Shown one piece after another: positions 59,720 to 64,000 of a stretch of 64,000 bases of DNA. This stretch comes from Clytia hemisphaerica (Eukaryota). The notes below the pieces were generated by a model. It had not been told where the DNA came from. It searched no databases and was given only the letters and a program-made list of their open reading frames with translations. The DNA is taken from contig NW_027103286.1 of the NCBI RefSeq assembly GCF_902728285.1, positions 3,356,497-3,420,496 on the forward strand, in the 5' to 3' direction. Within the stretch, counting starts at the first letter, position 1, and every line of letters begins with the position of its first letter. The position numbers were made by a program, and so were the translations under genes.

Positions 59720-62297
59720 TTATACAGTCAATTCCTGTTTTACGGTGGTTTCAGCTGTCTCGTTCAAAGAAACAGCATTCTGTGCAGTTTTATTGAATTC
59801 TTTGCCTAACTGCTCAATGACACTGGTTAAGTATGCGGGGAGTGCTTTGAAAGGAGTCGTGGAAGGTGTGAAGAAATGATGACTTCTGCGTGCTAACAGA
59901 CGAAGTGCTTTCCATTGGAAGTTTGGTTTATTCACGATCTTGTATTCGTCCTCTATACCGGCTTCTGGATCTGCTTGTTCAACTGCTTCCTCGAAGAAAG
60001 GTTCCAGCTGTGGAAGGAATTTCAATCTACTCTCTGCTTTGCATGCCTCCATGTTATCTGACAAATGAGAAACAAAAGATGACTAAGTATTCGAAATAGA
60101 AGCTGTCCATCAGGCTTGATATTAATTTGGAGTAAAGCCTCATTGGATATAGACAGTAATCTCAAAACTTAGCCATGACCACCAGGTTTTAACAGAAAAA
60201 TCTTACTTAAAGATATAGTGGTCAAGCTAAAAGTTTTTAACCGCTTTAAAAAATTTCAAACTTACCTGGACAGAGGTTCCATAATTTGGTGAGTTCAGGT
60301 GTACCAAGATTGATCTTTTTCTTTGTGTTATTTAAGAATTCATCTCCTACACTTCTCTTCACACCTCGTGTCTTGACCATTCGTTTCCCTCTCATCACCT
60401 CTCGGACCTGAGGCTTTGGTGCAGTCAGCTTCTGTTCAGCTTTGGCAAAGGATTGGCAGCCTTCGTTCTTCCAAGAAATCCAGTTCTCCTCACGAGTTAA
60501 CACGTGTCGGACGACGTTTGCAAATTTCTTTCCTTTTGGAGGTGTATCGTTTATAATGCCATAAACACGATCAACCAACTCGTGAACCCAGAGTGATTGT
60601 TTCTCAAGCAGTTTATAATTGGCTTGTGTTTTAAACTTAACCTCGCCTGTCAAATACTGACACAAAATCAAGATTTGGACAAGGAAATATCGACGAAAAT
60701 TACTATCATTGATTTGAAGGTCCAACAACTTTTCGTTGGTAAGATATTTAGGGAAATAATCTGCGTTCCCGCTTGTGCTCATAATGTCAGCAAATGTAAC
60801 GTCGTCAACTGCATTGGATCCTCCTTTGCTGCGTTTCTTTTCGTTGTATTCGATCTTGTAGTTCTCAAACACATTCAGAATCTAAAATTCAAAAAGTATG
60901 ATAACAGTTGAAAATGCTAAAAAGACAAACAAGAAATTAGCCTACAATACTTTGAGCTGCAGGAGTTTGGTTAAACTGCCATTTAAAAACACTCAAAGCA
61001 GATAAGCTTTCAAGCACTTATAATCTCGGAACAGATTCTGATATTCTGCGCATGACACGCATTCACTCAAGAGAATCTGCCCAGGTTGGTGCACCGCTTT
61101 GATCTTTTCTCAAAATTACTGTCAAGCTATTTAAAAATTCTTCTCTGACTCTTTATCCCTTTAGGCATCTATTCCTTAACTTTTTATGCAAAATATCTCA
61201 AAGAGCCTAAAATGAGACCCCTCCCCCTCCTCTTATCTCAAGATTAAAGTTGTGCAATAAAGTTGGAAATTTGACCAGTAATAGATATTGCTAAATAAAG
61301 ATGATTTGCGAAATTTTTGGTCATCCATCATCCACACTGTTCAAATTTCACGAAACAATATAAGTCCAATAAAAATTTTTCAATCAAGGGAGAGGAGGGG
61401 GCTTTGTGCCTCCAAGATACGTGAAGGGTTAAAAGTCCTATAACTGTTGCTATACTAGGTAACCTAGACCATACTTACTTCAGTAACATAGTTCTTGAAC
61501 TTTTTCCATCCCTCTGGTTTGAAGCATTGGTTAGGCTGCCTGAAAAAATCCTGAAGGAACCAAAATCGATAATATAGATTGAAATCAATAGGACTTGCAA
61601 CCTCTGGGATGTCAGTATCGTTATCATCAAGGAGAGCCTCCATATTGAATTCCTCTTTGTTTTTCTTGTAAACAGTCAAGTTTTCTGTGTGAAACTGACT
61701 CATAATGTTCAATGCTGATTTCTCTTCCACTGGGAATAAACAAGCTAAGAACAGTTGAATGCGACCACAAAAGATAGTGTTCAGAGATTTTGAAAGTCTT
61801 CGAAGGATATCATTGCACATGCGCAATAGGTGATTTTTACCAAGTTTGAAAAAAGGTTCAGCTGTCCATATCTTAACATTGTCCTCTACAAAATTGAAAA
61901 GTTTTTCACATTCAGTCAATGTTAAGGCATCAAAAATATCACTCATCAATGTGATTGGAAGGTAGGATGTGCACTTGTTTTGTTGAGCGTGGAGAATAAT
62001 CATATTCAATGAATTTTGGAACAATGTGATTTTCTCAAATGATGTATCTCCATTCTTGACAATTTCCATGTCTGTGCCATCTTCGTTTTGATGGCCGACA
62101 ACAACACAACTATCTGTTATCTTACCAGCAATGAATTGTCGGAAAGCTTGATCTAACGCTGATTTTTTATCTGCATCACCACCAGTGCAATCATTCCACG
62201 TTTCCTCTATGACCTTATCACAATCATCGTTAGCTATCGAACGAATTGCTGACAGAAATTTTTCAACCGTCTCCACAAAATTTATTCCACTTGCCAT
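59720..62297 (-). CDS. THOC1: THO complex subunit 1 (THOC1/Hpr1) orthologue; three exons, 590 aa, with no C-terminal death domain.
   Basis: Exons 61479-62297 (ATG 62297), 60266-60881, 59720-60057; GT-AG junctions in phase (1773 nt = 591 codons). Matches to human THOC1: LLRMCNDILRRLSKSLNTIFCGRIQLFLACLFP ~ LLRMCNDLLRRLSKSQNTVFCGRIQLFLARLFP; YLTNEKLLDLQINDSNFRR ~ FLTSEKLMDLQLSDSNFRR; WISWKNEGCQSF ~ WNSWKNEGCPSF; TKLWNLCPDNMEACKAES ~ TRLWNLCPDNMEACKSET; FFEEAVEQADPE; WKALRLLARRSHHFF. Confidence 0.9.
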
Positions 62298-62769
62298 TAT
62301 CTTTTTTATATCTAATTTCTAAATATTGAAGAAAAATAAGACTTTAATCAGAGTTAAATTAGCTCATTATTCACTCAAATAAAGTGAAATTGGGGAGTTT
62401 TCTATCATGTTACATCTAGCCTGTAGTGCCATACACCTTTTTGTTTTGGTGGTACATATTTTTAAATGATTAAATTAGCCAAAATTTCCCAACCCCCTTT
62501 CTTTGATTCCCCCTACATTCCCATCCCCCAAGACTCTTAGGCAAATCTTGGTACCCCCCCCCCCATACAAAAGCTATTAAAAATATGACTATGACTTTAA
62601 AGATTTTTTTTGTTGATTTATTGTTTCAAAAAAAAAGACTCGTTAAATTAAAAGCTTTTGTCAAGTGCTGCTTAAAGTATGTCTAAAAAATATGTGAACA
62701 CTTAAAAAATTTGTGCCGGTTTATAGGCTTTAACAGAATTTAAGGAAAAAATTGTCAGTTTGACGGAAT

Positions 62770-62845
62770 CGGATACCCCCTAAAATGACTTGATTCATCA
62801 TGCTTTTTAAGGGGGGGGCCTTTAAGTATGATGAATCGAGTCATC
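62770..62845. repeat. Short hairpin with a G8 core.
   Basis: aaaatgacttgattcatcatgctttttaaggggggggcctttaagtatgatgaatcgagtcatctta. Confidence 0.6.
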
Positions 62846-63120
62846 TTAGTGCGGGAAGTGGAAACGCAAAACAACGGTAGGCCATACACTGTATTCCTTC
62901 TTGTGGTTCTCTTGCTTTTCGAAATTATATGGAATGGAATATAAGGATATAGTGACTTCCGGGGGCACAAAATGGTTGGCTTCTAGGGGGAAGTGAATCT
63001 TTGTACTGTTAGACTTTCTAGGACTACTGAAATTAAAATGATGAACGTGACCCTACATGGGACTTGTGGAGGTTAAAAAAGGTACTCTGACCTGGTGCAT
63101 CCCCATAACCCATTTTGCTC

Positions 63121-63925
63121 TTGAAGAATGGGCAGGTCTAAAACACCTAATACTTACTACCTAATACTTACTACCTAATACTTAATATTTACTATATATA
63201 CCTCAAAATCGCTGGAAAATACCTTTAAAATAATCAGCATGCCAAACATGACCAAATCTGAAATTTTGGTGTTAAAAAAATTTCAAGTTTTTGTCTTACA
63301 GCGTTTTGAAGACATGAAAATATTTTCTCTCTTTTTTCTCTTCACTTCATTTTCCCGCGCTTTTTCTATGAAGTTTACAGACTACACACATTTTGTCGAG
63401 AGACACAGAATCAGAAGAATCAGTTGATATATGAGAAAGACAAAGTCCTAGAAACCAATCTCAAAAAGTAGTATGACACTTTACTCGATATGATGCAGAT
63501 AAATACAAAAAGGATACAATTAAATGACCTAAATAACGTTTTAGCAATTTTGATCTTTATAAAGGAGACAGGGATGTATAAGAATAACTGATTTTAGATA
63601 TTTGCACATGTGTTCTTATAATTAAATCAAAGTCATAATAGAGCAGTAAAAGGAAGAAAAACTAGATAAAGATAATAACCTTTTGCTTTAAAGTACTTAT
63701 ATGAGGCAAAGAAAATATTTACTTTAATATTCAAATATTCTTTTAGATAACACATTCCACGAAACTAATTTTCTTAGAATATAAATTTCGAACAGGCGAA
63801 GGAGAGCCAGGGCCTGGAAGTTCTGGTCTGTAAAGTATCCAAACGGATTAGGTAGTCAGTATTAGGTATTAGGTAGTAAGTATTAAGTAGTAGGTATTAG
63901 GCCTTTTAGACCTGCCCCTTGAAGA
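63121..63925. mobile_element. MITE/foldback element with ~55-bp TIRs (gggcaggtctaaaa..cctaatac.tactacctaatac...) and a 9-10-bp target-site duplication cttgaagaat.
   Basis: Left: gctcTTGAAGAATg|ggcaggtctaaaacacctaatacttactacctaatacttactacctaatac. Right: gtattaggtagtaagtattaagtagtaggtattaggccttttagacctgcc|ccTTGAAGAATatag. Confidence 0.75.
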
Positions 63926-64000
63926 ATATAGAAATGTAAGATTTATATGTGGCACTTTTTAGCCTTAAAGCAAGGACAAAAGTCAAGACAACAGTCTTTT

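Noticed and set aside
1-64000. Prokaryotic-type systems (CRISPR arrays, operons, defence islands), rRNA genes
   Set aside because: The sequence has spliceosomal introns with GT-AG boundaries, LINEs, MITEs and metazoan genes (THOC1, lipoxygenase, phosphagen kinase). No direct-repeat/spacer arrays or rRNA-like segments were seen.

Overview
This window is AT-rich, intron-containing eukaryotic DNA, most likely from an invertebrate metazoan genome; I cannot tell the organism from sequence alone. It holds about nine protein-coding loci among a dense load of palindromic MITE and foldback elements and decayed non-LTR retrotransposons. From left to right I find: (1) a partial MITE, then a roughly 4 kb foldback-like element whose long inverted arms are built from ~365-bp tandem subrepeats (795-4870). 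(2) A CR1/Jockey-type LINE on the minus strand (5036-8107). (3) A cluster of small genes for proteins with predicted signal peptides or of unknown function (9803-10858, 12127-12747, 13156-15218). (4) A ten-exon gene (18744-27012, + strand) with a 3.5-kb low-complexity exon (Q/P/T-rich then acidic) and a C-terminal domain clearly homologous to ATP:guanido phosphotransferases (arginine/creatine kinase) but with the reactive Cys and several catalytic Arg/Glu residues missing. (5) A decayed CR1-like LINE (28003-30080). (6) Two paralogous nine-exon lipoxygenase genes arranged tail-to-tail (LOX-A + strand 31654-38786; LOX-B - strand 41073-46545). Both have the iron-ligand motifs and C-terminal Ile, no recognisable PLAT domain and an apparent signal-peptide first exon; their last exons are almost identical at the nucleotide level, forming an inverted repeat. 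(7) A 5'-truncated LINE RT fragment (48363-49690). (8) A three-copy tandem array of intronless 448-aa genes ending in a SOCS-box-like motif (copy 1 disrupted, copies 2 and 3 intact). This array shows a gene-conversion-like identical 5' flank and a MITE insertion in one unit, with the paralogous empty site also in the window. (9) A THOC1 (THO complex subunit 1) orthologue in three exons on the minus strand (59720-62297). (10) A MITE with long TIRs and a 9-10-bp target-site duplication (63121-63925). No rRNA genes, CRISPR arrays or prokaryote-like features are present. The ORF track reports TTG/GTG-initiated ORFs as starting with 'M', so exon models were built from splice signals, phase consistency and homology. 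Exon coordinates may be off by 1-2 bp.
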